Below, in pieces: positions 1-8,917 of a DNA stretch of 64,000 nt; the stretch's first letter is position 1; each line of letters begins with the position of its first letter. The stretch comes from a virus, in IMG/VR virus record IMGVR_UViG_3300023184_000037, positions 1 to 64,000 of that record; one strand, given 5' to 3'. The position numbers and the translations under genes were made by a program. The notes under the pieces were generated by a model. It ran no database searches. It was given only the letters and a program-made list of their open reading frames with translations, and had not been told where the DNA came from.

Positions 1-78
1 AGAAACAATATAAAACTAATAAAACAATTAGAGAGTGAGCTTGGTACAACGATCAAGACACATCTTGCTAAACACTAG
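1..78 (+). CDS. 3' end of a CDS entering from the left (partial)
   Basis: Frame 1 is open from base 1 (RNNIKLIKQLESELGTTIKTHLAKH) to TAG at 76-78, 6 nt before the next ATG. Confidence 0.6.
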   Translation, partial: RNNIKLIKQLESELGTTIKTHLAKH

Positions 79-84
79 AAAATT

Positions 85-1269
85 ATGAGTACAGTAGGAG
101 ATTTTAAAGCCCGTTTTGAAGCGGCGGTCAATCAGACCAATACAGATCAAAGAATAAACGAATCAATTGATTCACTTTTAAATGAAGGTAAGGTTAATGC
201 AGATACTATGCAAGGAGAGGTAGACAATCCAGGTTCTCTTCATGGAAATATGGTCTTAATCAATGCACTTTCCGCAACTAAAACAGGAATCGCAGATTAT
301 AAAGAATTTGCAAAAAACTATCCAAATGGAATTCCAACAACATTTATCTTAAATTATTTTGCGTCACTGAATCCTAAAGAATCAGTAGAACTTGCAGGAT
401 ATTTATATTCAGCAACGACACCAACAGACTTAAAAACAAACATGTACTCCAATAGAAATTCAGTACTTGGTAGATTATTTGACCAAAAACCAACAGGACT
501 TGGAAAAGGAGAAGCACTTATTGCATGGTTAATTAGAGGTGCAGTAATTCAAGGTGGTGGAGAGAGTTATGATGTTATCATTAATGGAAAAGACACATTT
601 GAGGTTAAAGATTATAGTAATGGAAATTCAGCAATCCGGGCTGGAGTAAAATCAAAAGTTAGTAACTTTGAATTTTGGAGAGAGATTAGTGATACACTAT
701 CAAGAATCGATAAACTGACAGGATATTCTGCTGGAAAACCTAAATTTGATATTAGCAAATACTTCTCTACTGAAATGACAGCTGCCTCAAATTACTTAAT
801 GGGTAGAAAGGGAACTATCATGTCAGGTGAATGTAATTTAACAGATTTTAAAAATCTTAATAAATTTTACGAAGAGGCCGCTAAAGTTGAAAATAACCTA
901 CAAGGCTATACCAATGTGATATTAAGAGGACCAAATTCGAAACCAATTGAATTAAGTATCGACCTTCTAGACCCAACTCAAGTAACTGGTGATACAATTA
1001 CTTTTAATGTTGCAAAAGGAGACCAAACAGGTACCTATATCTTGGCAGAATTAAAGAGGTTAAAATATGTCAGAAATCCAAAAGACTTACAAGTAGACAT
1101 GCAAAAGGCAGTTGACCAAATTCACGCAGGTCTTACATATATTGTCTTCCGTAAAAATACAATAAACATTACAACTGATTTTGTACCAGCTGCGGTTTCA
1201 ACATCATCTCTATATTTCGTAGAGAGAAGTATTAAAGAGCCTACAATAGACCATAATTTGGATGACTAA
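85..1269 (+). CDS. hypothetical protein, possible PD-(D/E)xK nuclease-fold domain
   Basis: 394 aa ORF; GKGE...GGGESYDV-x7-FEVK resembles the E...D...E-x-K restriction-endonuclease-like motif. Confidence 0.5.
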   Translation: MSTVGDFKARFEAAVNQTNTDQRINESIDSLLNEGKVNADTMQGEVDNPGSLHGNMVLINALSATKTGIADYKEFAKNYPNGIPTTFILNYFASLNPKESVELAGYLYSATTPTDLKTNMYSNRNSVLGRLFDQKPTGLGKGEALIAWLIRGAVIQGGGESYDVIINGKDTFEVKDYSNGNSAIRAGVKSKVSNFEFWREISDTLSRIDKLTGYSAGKPKFDISKYFSTEMTAASNYLMGRKGTIMSGECNLTDFKNLNKFYEEAAKVENNLQGYTNVILRGPNSKPIELSIDLLDPTQVTGDTITFNVAKGDQTGTYILAELKRLKYVRNPKDLQVDMQKAVDQIHAGLTYIVFRKNTINITTDFVPAAVSTSSLYFVERSIKEPTIDHNLDD

Positions 1270-1432
1270 GAAAGAATGGAACAATTACGTTGACACTGGT
1301 TATGTACCTCAAAAATATATAAAAGAGATAGTAACTCGAATCAAGCACAATATGATTCTCGATACTCGACATATACAGGTTTACATGACCCATAGTTCAA
1401 TCATAGAGCTCTACCTAAAAATGGATAAATAG
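1262..1432 (+). CDS. small hypothetical protein (56 aa, MTKKEWNNYVDTGYVP...)
   Basis: Read manually; overlaps the previous stop and fills the gap before 1452. Confidence 0.55.
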   Translation: MTKKEWNNYVDTGYVPQKYIKEIVTRIKHNMILDTRHIQVYMTHSSIIELYLKMDK

Positions 1433-1451
1433 AATAAAATAAAACTAAATC

Positions 1452-2081
1452 ATGAAAAAAATAAAACTATTTGAAGAATTCATCAATGAAGCTTCATACG
1501 TCCCAACTGACTTAAACGATGCAGATGAGTCCAGTCAACTAGACTATATTAAAAGAAATAGTAAATACGAGACAGCGCTTGACAAAATTGAAAACCCATC
1601 AGAAAAGGTTCAACTTGCTGCGGTTAAATCAAATCCACAAGAACTACAATTTATTAAAGATCCATCTGAAAAAGTACAGATAGCCGCAGTAAGTGTAGAT
1701 TCTTATAAGTTTAAAAACACAACAACTCCGATAGATGCCAACTTTGATAATGCAATGCAGTATATTAAAGATCCATCCGAAAGGGTAAAGGTTGCCGCAG
1801 TTTCTAAGTTTGGTTATACGATTAAATATATTGAAAAACCTTCAGAGAGACTAAAAATGATGGCTATTGAAACTGATCCTGTATCGATTAAGTATATGAA
1901 AAATCCATCAGAAGAACTACAAATTGCAGCAGTATCACACCCAAGACCAAACGGTAGTATTATCATTAAACACATTGAGAAACCAACCCCAAAAGTACAA
2001 CTAATTGCAATTCAAAAAAACCCTTACATCCTAAGCGATATTAAGAACCCAACAGATGAGGTTAAGGCCTTAGCAAAATAA
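1452..2081 (+). CDS. repeat protein (I[KE]xPSE.vQlaAV repeats, DUF4116-like) with capsid-targeting-like N-terminus
   Basis: About 7 helical repeats of ~23 aa; starts MKKIKLFEEFINE. Confidence 0.65.
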   Translation: MKKIKLFEEFINEASYVPTDLNDADESSQLDYIKRNSKYETALDKIENPSEKVQLAAVKSNPQELQFIKDPSEKVQIAAVSVDSYKFKNTTTPIDANFDNAMQYIKDPSERVKVAAVSKFGYTIKYIEKPSERLKMMAIETDPVSIKYMKNPSEELQIAAVSHPRPNGSIIIKHIEKPTPKVQLIAIQKNPYILSDIKNPTDEVKALAK

Positions 2082-2093
2082 TAAACAGAAACC

Positions 2094-2327
2094 ATGAAAC
2101 ACATTAAAGTATTTGAAGATTTCAAGGACACCAATCCTGTAAACGAGTCAATGGCATTATCTCAATATTACAGAAACTCTGACAAGGAGGTAAAAGATAT
2201 TGCAAAACAAATAGATGCTATTATCAACACAGCAGATTTTGTAGTACCGTCAAGTAAAGATAAACTATTGGACCTAATCACCGACCTAACAGATGCATAC
2301 CTAGCAGATATGCGTGACGAAGAATAA
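2094..2327 (+). CDS. small hypothetical protein, putative internal head protein
   Basis: Starts MKHIKVFEDF...VNE, like neighbouring ORFs. Confidence 0.6.
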   Translation: MKHIKVFEDFKDTNPVNESMALSQYYRNSDKEVKDIAKQIDAIINTADFVVPSSKDKLLDLITDLTDAYLADMRDEE

Positions 2328-2339
2328 ACCAAGCAAACT

Positions 2340-2534
2340 ATGTGGGTAATAGTAAAAATGATAACACATCATACAGGAGTCCAGTTACCGGTAATCTTGG
2401 TCGACTCCCATTCTGAAATCATGACATTTCAAATCGAGGACGAGGCTCAAAAGATGAGAGAACTTTTTGCAGCCAATTCAGATTCTGGGCATGAATACAT
2501 AGTAAAGAAATACGATACATTAAAAAGAAACTAA
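2340..2534 (+). CDS. hypothetical protein
   Basis: 64 aa ORF tightly packed in the operon. Confidence 0.6.
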   Translation: MWVIVKMITHHTGVQLPVILVDSHSEIMTFQIEDEAQKMRELFAANSDSGHEYIVKKYDTLKRN

Positions 2535-2537
2535 ACT

Positions 2538-2945
2538 ATGAAACCGGTAAAACTATTCGAAGAATTCTTAAATGAGTCCCAAAAGGAGAGCGCTGCCATA
2601 CAAAAGGTAGAAGCACTTCCAAAGGGTTCCATATTTGATGATGCAAAACGAATAGACTCTATCTTCCAAATCAGCAACCGTCCCTGGAGCGAAGTAGTTC
2701 AAGCATGGGAAGAGAATCAGAAACAGGCCAAACCTAAAACTGTAAATCCTAAGGATATACAAATAACCCAAAGGAATATACAATCAAGTAAGGTACAAGA
2801 AATGATACTCCGTAAAGGACCCCTTAAAACAATTAATGTTATAGAATACCCAGAAGGAATGGTAATCCCTGATGGACACCATCGCTTAACAACAGCATGG
2901 GCACTAGGAATCACCAAACTCAAAGTCAACCTTTTAAAAGTCTAA
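2538..2945 (+). CDS. ParB/Srx-like N-terminal domain protein with capsid-targeting-like N-terminus
   Basis: IPDGHHRL motif preceded by a hydrophobic strand; starts MKPVKLFEEFLNE. Confidence 0.7.
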   Translation: MKPVKLFEEFLNESQKESAAIQKVEALPKGSIFDDAKRIDSIFQISNRPWSEVVQAWEENQKQAKPKTVNPKDIQITQRNIQSSKVQEMILRKGPLKTINVIEYPEGMVIPDGHHRLTTAWALGITKLKVNLLKV

Positions 2946-2964
2946 TCCAACCCAAACCCCCTAC

Positions 2965-2992
2965 AGAGGACCCTAACAGGTCCTCTTTTTTT
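2965..2992 (+). terminator. rho-independent terminator
   Basis: AGAGGACC-ctaaca-GGTCCTCT followed by a T run, right after the operon. Confidence 0.85.
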
Positions 2993-2994
2993 AT

Positions 2995-3760
2995 GCCCTA
3001 TCCCCAGGTCCGGCACGTCCGACATCCCCGTCCCCCACAATAAAAAACCGATAGAAATAAAACCATAAAACAAAAACATCCCAGACACCTTATACATCTC
3101 TATATAGATATACAGCATAATAAGGATATAAACCCCCTATAAGGAATCCTACTCCCCCTCCCCATCCCCATACCTCTCTAGTTTTTAAGCCCTCAATGGT
3201 CCCTTACACCCGTACCCGTAGGGACCAATCTCCAGTCAACCAGGTACCCAGGTTCTACCTTTCTTATTAAAATGATATATACCCACACCAAAAGCCCAGT
3301 AGGTCCTTCAATGGTCTCTCAATGTCACCTATAGGCCAAGTCAATGTTGATAATTGGGCCTTAAACCTCTCGTCGAGTTGGGTCACCCTCCGAGGCACTC
3401 CGGACCCTCTTTATACTCCCAGGGACCTCCCAGCGCTACCAAAATCAACCGTGACCATGCCCAGCTCCAGAAACCCCTTGCCCCTGAGGGGAAAGCAATT
3501 CTACCTTGCCCGGCCATTGGTACTACCAGCCGCCCCATCTACCGCTGGCTCAAACCGACCCCCGGTTATTGGTTACCATACAACCGACGCTACCGGTGCC
3601 ACCCGTCCCCCTTGCCCCTGCTGCAAAAACAATCCTGATTGGGCCGGCCAACATTTTTTCATTGGAAATCTGAAACTGCCAGACCCGTAACGCACGAAAT
3701 CCGGGAACACCACACTCCCGGAAGTCGCTATCTAATTAAGGCAGTAGGGTGCCAGCCGTA
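2995..3760. other. GC-rich, C-skewed non-coding block between convergent genes
   Basis: C runs on the + strand, several TCAATG copies, hairpin at 3198-3226; ORFs here have atypical composition. Confidence 0.55.
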
Positions 3761-3762
3761 TA

Positions 3763-4866
3763 TTATAGTTCTACTACTGTCTTTAATTCTTCTGGTACGG
3801 CATCCTTGTCGAAACCGAATAATTTGTCGAAGGCATTACTTTCCCCAGTTAGGGCCTTTCTTTCTTCTGCTAGTACCTCGTCGTTAAATAGGTCTCTTGT
3901 ATATCTCCCTTCGTCGAAGCTAACACCGTCCTGTAATTCGAAATATAGTTTTTTACCGACCTGTCCTGTACGGTTTTTAGAGAATTCCATGAATCTTCTA
4001 CCGCTATTTTCAGAACCGTCCCAGTCCAACATCATCATCGCGGTCGTCATGTGTTTCAGTTTATTAGAACCTACGAAGTTACCACCTTTAGATAATTGCA
4101 GGATAGTTACGAACGTTGTATAGGTTTTTGTCGCATTACCACCTTTGTTATGCTGAGTCATTAGGTCTAGGAACCACTTTTCAGTTTTTGAACGGGTCAT
4201 GTTACATTCCTCCTTGATGGTGTCGTTAACCTCTGTATAAGAGTCTGTTAATACAACGTCCCATCCTTGGTGGAGTACACCTTCTATAATCCCTTTAGGA
4301 CAAGACTCTGTATAGTCAGATAGGAATAGGATAGGTAATTGTCCCCAGTGTGGGAAACGTTTAAGGTAACGGGCCATATCTATCTGGTTCATTTCAGCAG
4401 AGATGAATAGAACACGTTTTCCAGTTGCATGTAATTTACTTAGTAGTTCTAATAGCACTGTAGTTTTACCGACACCTGGAGCTCCAGCAGCCATTATATT
4501 TGTTCCAGGTAGGAAACCACCTTCAGTTGAACAAAACTGGTCGAAGATAGTTCCAGTTGGAAGGCTAGTGAATAGGGAGTCATCGATATTTAAGTCGTCC
4601 AATTTGGTTAATGTAACCTCAACTGGAGCACAAGGGTTAGAGGTTGAACCTAATGTTGAGGTCTGATAATCGTTATTATAGTCCTTATTACTTGTCCATC
4701 GCCCAGTTTCGGTAATGTTGATAACACGGTTTGCGTCTTGGTTGTCAATCCAATCGAATTTAGGGTGAGTTGGGTCAATTAGGATAGTGTTTGATTTGTC
4801 CTTAGTGTTAACTAAGATGATTAATTCTGGAGTTTGTGGGACGATGATGTAAGATTGTCTGTTCAT
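3763..4866 (-). CDS. RadA/Sms-like RecA-family ATPase
   Basis: Walker A GAPGVGKTT, LFISAEM, Walker B VVLTDS, GSNKLKHM, and a KNR motif (FSKNRTG). Confidence 0.8.
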   Translation of the reverse strand: MNRQSYIIVPQTPELIILVNTKDKSNTILIDPTHPKFDWIDNQDANRVINITETGRWTSNKDYNNDYQTSTLGSTSNPCAPVEVTLTKLDDLNIDDSLFTSLPTGTIFDQFCSTEGGFLPGTNIMAAGAPGVGKTTVLLELLSKLHATGKRVLFISAEMNQIDMARYLKRFPHWGQLPILFLSDYTESCPKGIIEGVLHQGWDVVLTDSYTEVNDTIKEECNMTRSKTEKWFLDLMTQHNKGGNATKTYTTFVTILQLSKGGNFVGSNKLKHMTTAMMMLDWDGSENSGRRFMEFSKNRTGQVGKKLYFELQDGVSFDEGRYTRDLFNDEVLAEERKALTGESNAFDKLFGFDKDAVPEELKTVVEL

Positions 4867-4874
4867 AATGTGGT

Positions 4875-4950
4875 GTTTTAATTAGATATGTAAATATAAT
4901 CAATAAGTTTGAAAGGGGAAAACTTTAAGTGTTAAATTTTTGTTAAAGTT
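4875..4950 (-). promoter_or_regulatory. conserved putative early promoter, class A
   Basis: On the minus strand: TTAACA-N5-TTAACA-N29-ATTATATTTACATATCTAATTAAAAC, just upstream of the ATG. Confidence 0.75.
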
Positions 4951-5427
4951 TTATGCAAGTTTTTCTAATTGCATAAGTGCTTTACCCCAGATAGGAGCAA
5001 TTTTCTGAGAAATTCTCTTACCATAAGCAGAGTATGCTATACCTTGGTTCCAAAGGAAATGCTCATAGTCATAACCATATTGTTCTACTGCACCTTCAGC
5101 GATCCAACGTAAGGCAGTAACCTCATCACGGGCACCCATTTGAATGGTATTCTCTATAAGAGCTTGGAAGGCTTTATCAGCTTCGAACTCAGCAGCTAAT
5201 TCCTCTTCACGGTTATCAGCACAAACTTGTTCAAAACGGGCGAAATCAGCCTCCAGTTCCTCAGTTGTTAAGGCATATACATTAATAGTACGAGGACGGA
5301 AACCGTAGGCATCCTTATGGAAATCCGAATATAGGAGAATCATATTCTCTCTGTGAGACAACTCATAATTATGAGCCAATTTAGATTCGATTTCGTTTGC
5401 TTCGGTGATTTGTGATTGTGTCATCAT
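4951..5427 (-). CDS. hypothetical phage protein (YSDFHKDAYGFRPR motif)
   Basis: 158 aa ORF with its own class A promoter. Confidence 0.75.
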   Translation of the reverse strand: MMTQSQITEANEIESKLAHNYELSHRENMILLYSDFHKDAYGFRPRTINVYALTTEELEADFARFEQVCADNREEELAAEFEADKAFQALIENTIQMGARDEVTALRWIAEGAVEQYGYDYEHFLWNQGIAYSAYGKRISQKIAPIWGKALMQLEKLA

Positions 5428-5438
5428 GGTGTTTCTTT

Positions 5439-5512
5439 GTTTTAATTAGATATGTAAATATAATACAATTCCATGAATCCGGAAACTTTAAAGTGTTAAA
5501 TTTATGTTAAAA
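5439..5512 (-). promoter_or_regulatory. conserved putative early promoter, class A
   Basis: Same core and same 29-nt spacing to the TTAACA pair as 4875-4950. Confidence 0.75.
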
Positions 5513-5519
5513 TTTCACA

Positions 5520-5545
5520 TAAAAAAAGGGACCTTTCGGTCCCTT
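5520..5545 (-). terminator. rho-independent terminator
   Basis: Minus strand AAGGGACC-GAAA-GGTCCCTT followed by a T run, downstream of 5566..6702. Confidence 0.85.
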
Positions 5546-5565
5546 GGATAATATCTGTTTGGCTC

Positions 5566-6702
5566 TTAGTTTAATAATGAGCCATTACGTACTAATTCTC
5601 TACCTCCAAAAAGGTCTGGCATAGTATTTTCGTGGTCAAATGATTTTTTACCGAATAGGTTACCAGATTTAACCATTAAACTAGATGCATCGTAATCTTG
5701 CATATTGGTATCGATAATTCCAGCACCATGGGTTGCAAAGTGAGTAACACCATTGATAACATCCCATACAGAAGTATTAGATTTAGCATGTTTCATTTGG
5801 TTACTATTTAAGGATTCGAAACCTGCTTTATAGAATGCATTCATATTTTCAGATAATGGAATCCAGTTATCAGCACGTTCTCCAGCAAACGGTTCAATAA
5901 GGTTATGTGCAAATTGTAATTCGTTTAAGGAAGCAGGAGTGTTATGAGCAGCTCTTACACGGTCAGCAAATCCAGTAGGTGCAAAGTTATTCTTACGTAA
6001 GTTGTTCATATTTTCAAAGAACTTCTCCATAGAACCTTGGTCCAAAGAATTAAGAGTATAAGACTCTTCTGACATAGGAGCAGTTAAACCATTAGTACAC
6101 CATTGACGATTAATATAAGGAAGTACTTGGAAACCGTCTTTAGGACTGTTTTGGAATGTAACTCCTCCAGTAAATACCTCATTTGATAAACCCTGTATTG
6201 CGAAATTTGCATTTGGGTTAAAAGCATTAATAGTTACAATACCAGTTCCTGGGTCTACTGACCAGTTTGTTACGTCCATTCCGTGGTTATCTATGATGTT
6301 TTCAGCAACTCCCATGAATTGTTGATTAGATATACCAAATTGATCTTTCTTAGTGATAGCCACTACCGATTTACTAATAGGGTTAAGTACCAGTGTTACT
6401 TCAGAAAGTTTACCACTATTAGATGCCATTGCATTTTTCATAGTGTTAATAAACTGAGACTTGGCCTCTTTAGTAAAAAGAGATTCGAATTTGGTTGCAA
6501 ATTGGTTTGACATCCCCAATAGACCTAATAGGTTTTTGAATGCGTTTGGAGTCAAATTGATTTTTTGACCGTTATATTCGATAGATTCTCCATCGATTAA
6601 ATTGATATCGCGGAAAGGTACTACTTTACGAAGGTTTTGAGCCTCCAATGTAGCTACTTTACGTTGTTCGATTAATGAGTTAGAAAGAGTTGCAATTGCC
6701 AT
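5566..6702 (-). CDS. DUF932/DUF945-like phage protein
   Basis: NS...INRQWCTNGL and SVWDVINGVT resemble the R-x-x-C-x-N-G and W..yNavT motifs of DUF932. Confidence 0.6.
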   Translation of the reverse strand: MAIATLSNSLIEQRKVATLEAQNLRKVVPFRDINLIDGESIEYNGQKINLTPNAFKNLLGLLGMSNQFATKFESLFTKEAKSQFINTMKNAMASNSGKLSEVTLVLNPISKSVVAITKKDQFGISNQQFMGVAENIIDNHGMDVTNWSVDPGTGIVTINAFNPNANFAIQGLSNEVFTGGVTFQNSPKDGFQVLPYINRQWCTNGLTAPMSEESYTLNSLDQGSMEKFFENMNNLRKNNFAPTGFADRVRAAHNTPASLNELQFAHNLIEPFAGERADNWIPLSENMNAFYKAGFESLNSNQMKHAKSNTSVWDVINGVTHFATHGAGIIDTNMQDYDASSLMVKSGNLFGKKSFDHENTMPDLFGGRELVRNGSLLN

Positions 6703-6719
6703 AGTTATAAGATTTTAGA

Positions 6720-6747
6720 TTTATATATTAATTATTGGTTTTGTTTC
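6720..6747 (-). promoter_or_regulatory. AAAC-N17-TATAAA promoter
   Basis: Exact 17-nt spacing, as in 8 other copies in the window. Confidence 0.65.
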
Positions 6748-6751
6748 AAGA

Positions 6752-6946
6752 TTATTTGTTAACTTTTTCGAATGAGCAGAATAGTAAAAGAGCACCCATA
6801 AGGAAGGTAATCATTGTAGTTGCAAATTCATTAAGAGCACCAGAGAATGGTACGAATTTTTGAGCGATTCCAGTTAATAAGGAATACGTAGCCCCGAACG
6901 CGATTACGGACCCGATAGCTGGAAGGATGTTGATGGTGATTTTCAT
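6752..6946 (-). CDS. small membrane protein (2 predicted TM helices)
   Basis: 64 aa, two hydrophobic stretches, preceded by a class A promoter. Confidence 0.7.
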   Translation of the reverse strand: MKITINILPAIGSVIAFGATYSLLTGIAQKFVPFSGALNEFATTMITFLMGALLLFCSFEKVNK

Positions 6947-6954
6947 AGTTCTTT

Positions 6955-7030
6955 GTTTTAATTAGATATGTAAATATAATCAATAGTTTCAAAACCGGAA
7001 ACAAAAAAGTGTTAAAGTTTTGTTAAAGTT
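6955..7030 (-). promoter_or_regulatory. conserved putative early promoter, class A
   Basis: Core at 6955-6980; TGTTAA boxes at 7010 and 7021. Confidence 0.75.
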
Positions 7031-7163
7031 TCACCTAGTGGCGGCTCTTATTTCTATAAAGCAGGTCGGAGTCTACTCTTCCTCCCCTGGTTTAAAGGAC
7101 CGCCCGTGTCGAATCTTCCGATTCTTGGTGCTATACAGCGCGTTATGTCATTTTGTTATTTTT

Positions 7164-7228
7164 CATATGTAAATATAATACAATTTTTTGATTCCGGAAA
7201 CAGCAGGGCCAAAAAGTTATTAACAATT
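7164..7228 (-). promoter_or_regulatory. conserved putative early promoter, class B
   Basis: Minus strand AATTGTTAATAACTTTTT-N31-ATTATATTTACATATG. Confidence 0.65.
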
Positions 7229-7239
7229 TTCGGATGTAA

Positions 7240-7313
7240 CTTTAACAAAACTTTAACATACTAGATTTTACCGCGTCGCCAATAATGATTATTTTTACAT
7301 ATCTAATTAAAAC
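7240..7313 (+). promoter_or_regulatory. conserved putative early promoter, class A (divergent from 7164-7228)
   Basis: TTAACA at 7242 and 7253; core ATTATTTTTACATATCTAATTAAAAC at 7288. Confidence 0.75.
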
Positions 7314-7321
7314 ACACCATT

Positions 7322-7747
7322 ATGAAAAATCTAGTTAACATTGCCGGAATCAACACAGTAAACATCTTAAGCCGTTACAACATGGGTAAATTTAGAGCCG
7401 TTACCAAATGTAGAGCCGGGTTCATGACTATAGTAGATTGCAGAGACAATGATAATGATTACTACATGACATACCCAGAAGCAATCATTACAGCATATAA
7501 GAAAGGTGCCTTACAAACAGTTGAATTCCAGCCAGAAGGAACTGATATTTGGTTAACAGTATTCGCCCGTAAAGGGAACACTATCGTAGTAATAGATGAA
7601 ACTATCCTTGGTAACCTAACAGTAGGTACTATCAACCAATTATACTCAAATACCAACCTATACAACCAAGCACAATATAGTGCAGTAGGTGCAAAGACTT
7701 GGGCTGATAGAGCATACGTTCCTTACCAAGTCCCAATGGAAGCATAA
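7322..7747 (+). CDS. hypothetical protein
   Basis: 141 aa ORF directly after a class A promoter. Confidence 0.75.
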   Translation: MKNLVNIAGINTVNILSRYNMGKFRAVTKCRAGFMTIVDCRDNDNDYYMTYPEAIITAYKKGALQTVEFQPEGTDIWLTVFARKGNTIVVIDETILGNLTVGTINQLYSNTNLYNQAQYSAVGAKTWADRAYVPYQVPMEA

Positions 7748-7776
7748 TATATAGACTATAACCAAAACCCTATATT

Positions 7777-7917
7777 ATGGACAGAGAATTCGAGATTGCT
7801 CAACTAAACAAGAGGATATTAGAAACAAAATTAAAGGACCCTAATAATTTCATACTAATCCGTAAACTACAAATACAACTAGAAAAACTCTATGAAGGTA
7901 GGTCTTCCGCAACTTAG
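7777..7917 (+). CDS. small hypothetical protein (46 aa, MDREFEIAQLNKRILE...)
   Basis: Read manually; amphipathic helix pattern; fills the intergenic gap. Confidence 0.5.
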   Translation: MDREFEIAQLNKRILETKLKDPNNFILIRKLQIQLEKLYEGRSSAT

Positions 7918-8614
7918 TATAGGACAAAGGGTAGAAGCAGCAAAATCTGATACTCGACCATCCAATACAGATACCTCAACCGTACCAACCGAAATGAACC
8001 CTCAACCAGGGGATTCAACGACAGTACCTATAGATACATCAGGGTTAGATAGTGCCGGCGGTCAAGTACAACAACAATCACAGCAGGGTAATAATGCCAC
8101 ATCCGATAGTGCCAGAAAGACACAAGCTGGGGAGGCATCGGGTATACAATATCCAAAAGAGAGTGTTAATGCATCTGATCAAGCCCCGACAGCACCTTCA
8201 GAAAAGGAACTAGCCCAAACACCTCAACCAAAATCAAAAGGTTTTATGGAATCTTTAATCGATAGCCAAATGAGCAGTATGTTATCTGATAATAGTGGAG
8301 GGGACCATCCAGCACCAGATAGTGATTATGGACATGACAACGGGGACCCTAATGCAAATGTCCATAAACCACCAGTAGCCGAACCTATAAGAAGGGATAA
8401 AATGGACCCTTATAGTAACTCTAATAATAAGGTACCCGAACCTAAGAGATTTCCTATGGACTCTTTTGATAAAGAAAATACAAGGGAACCTTATAAGGCA
8501 CCTGATCAAAACTTAGGACCAGCCTATAAACCAAAAACTGTTAACCAACCTAAGGTAACTAGCCCTAATGTAAAGTTCAACACTCCCAAATTCAACTCTC
8601 CCCGATTCAATTAA
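7892..8614 (+). CDS. low-complexity, probably disordered P/S/Q/D-rich protein
   Basis: 240 aa ORF; C-terminal tail VKFNTPKFNSPRFN. Confidence 0.6.
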   Translation: MKVGLPQLSIGQRVEAAKSDTRPSNTDTSTVPTEMNPQPGDSTTVPIDTSGLDSAGGQVQQQSQQGNNATSDSARKTQAGEASGIQYPKESVNASDQAPTAPSEKELAQTPQPKSKGFMESLIDSQMSSMLSDNSGGDHPAPDSDYGHDNGDPNANVHKPPVAEPIRRDKMDPYSNSNNKVPEPKRFPMDSFDKENTREPYKAPDQNLGPAYKPKTVNQPKVTSPNVKFNTPKFNSPRFN

Positions 8615-8619
8615 CCGGT

Positions 8620-8917
8620 ACAATTGCTCCCGGATCAATGCCCGGCAAGTTGTCCCGGATCAATGTCCCGGATCAATGTACCAGGCAATGTCCAGATCAA
8701 TGCCCGGGATCAATATATTCAATGTATTTCAATGCCCGGCTCAATGTATATCAATGCATTTCAATGAAAATCAATGAATTTCAACACGTTTCAATAATTG
8801 CAATATACCTATAGGCTCAATATTGTTGTATAGGCAATATATTGTTGTACCTGTAGTGTGCCAATCAACAGTTGACACAGGCAATGCAGGTCAATGCAGG
8901 TCAATGCCTGCACAATA
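8620..8917 (+). repeat. array of ~22 (T)CAAT(G) units, partly in exact 10-bp phase
   Basis: CCCGGATCAATG-type units at 8628-8714; TCAA every 10 nt from 8741 to 8791; (G/T)CAATGC x3 at 10-nt spacing at 8881-8907. Confidence 0.85.

Noticed and set aside
3322-4123. Track ORFs 3322..3690, 3354..3638, 3639..3887 and 3749..4123
   Set aside because: Mutually overlapping, Pro/Ser-rich by-products of C-skewed DNA or antisense to the RadA-like gene; no typical A-rich start context
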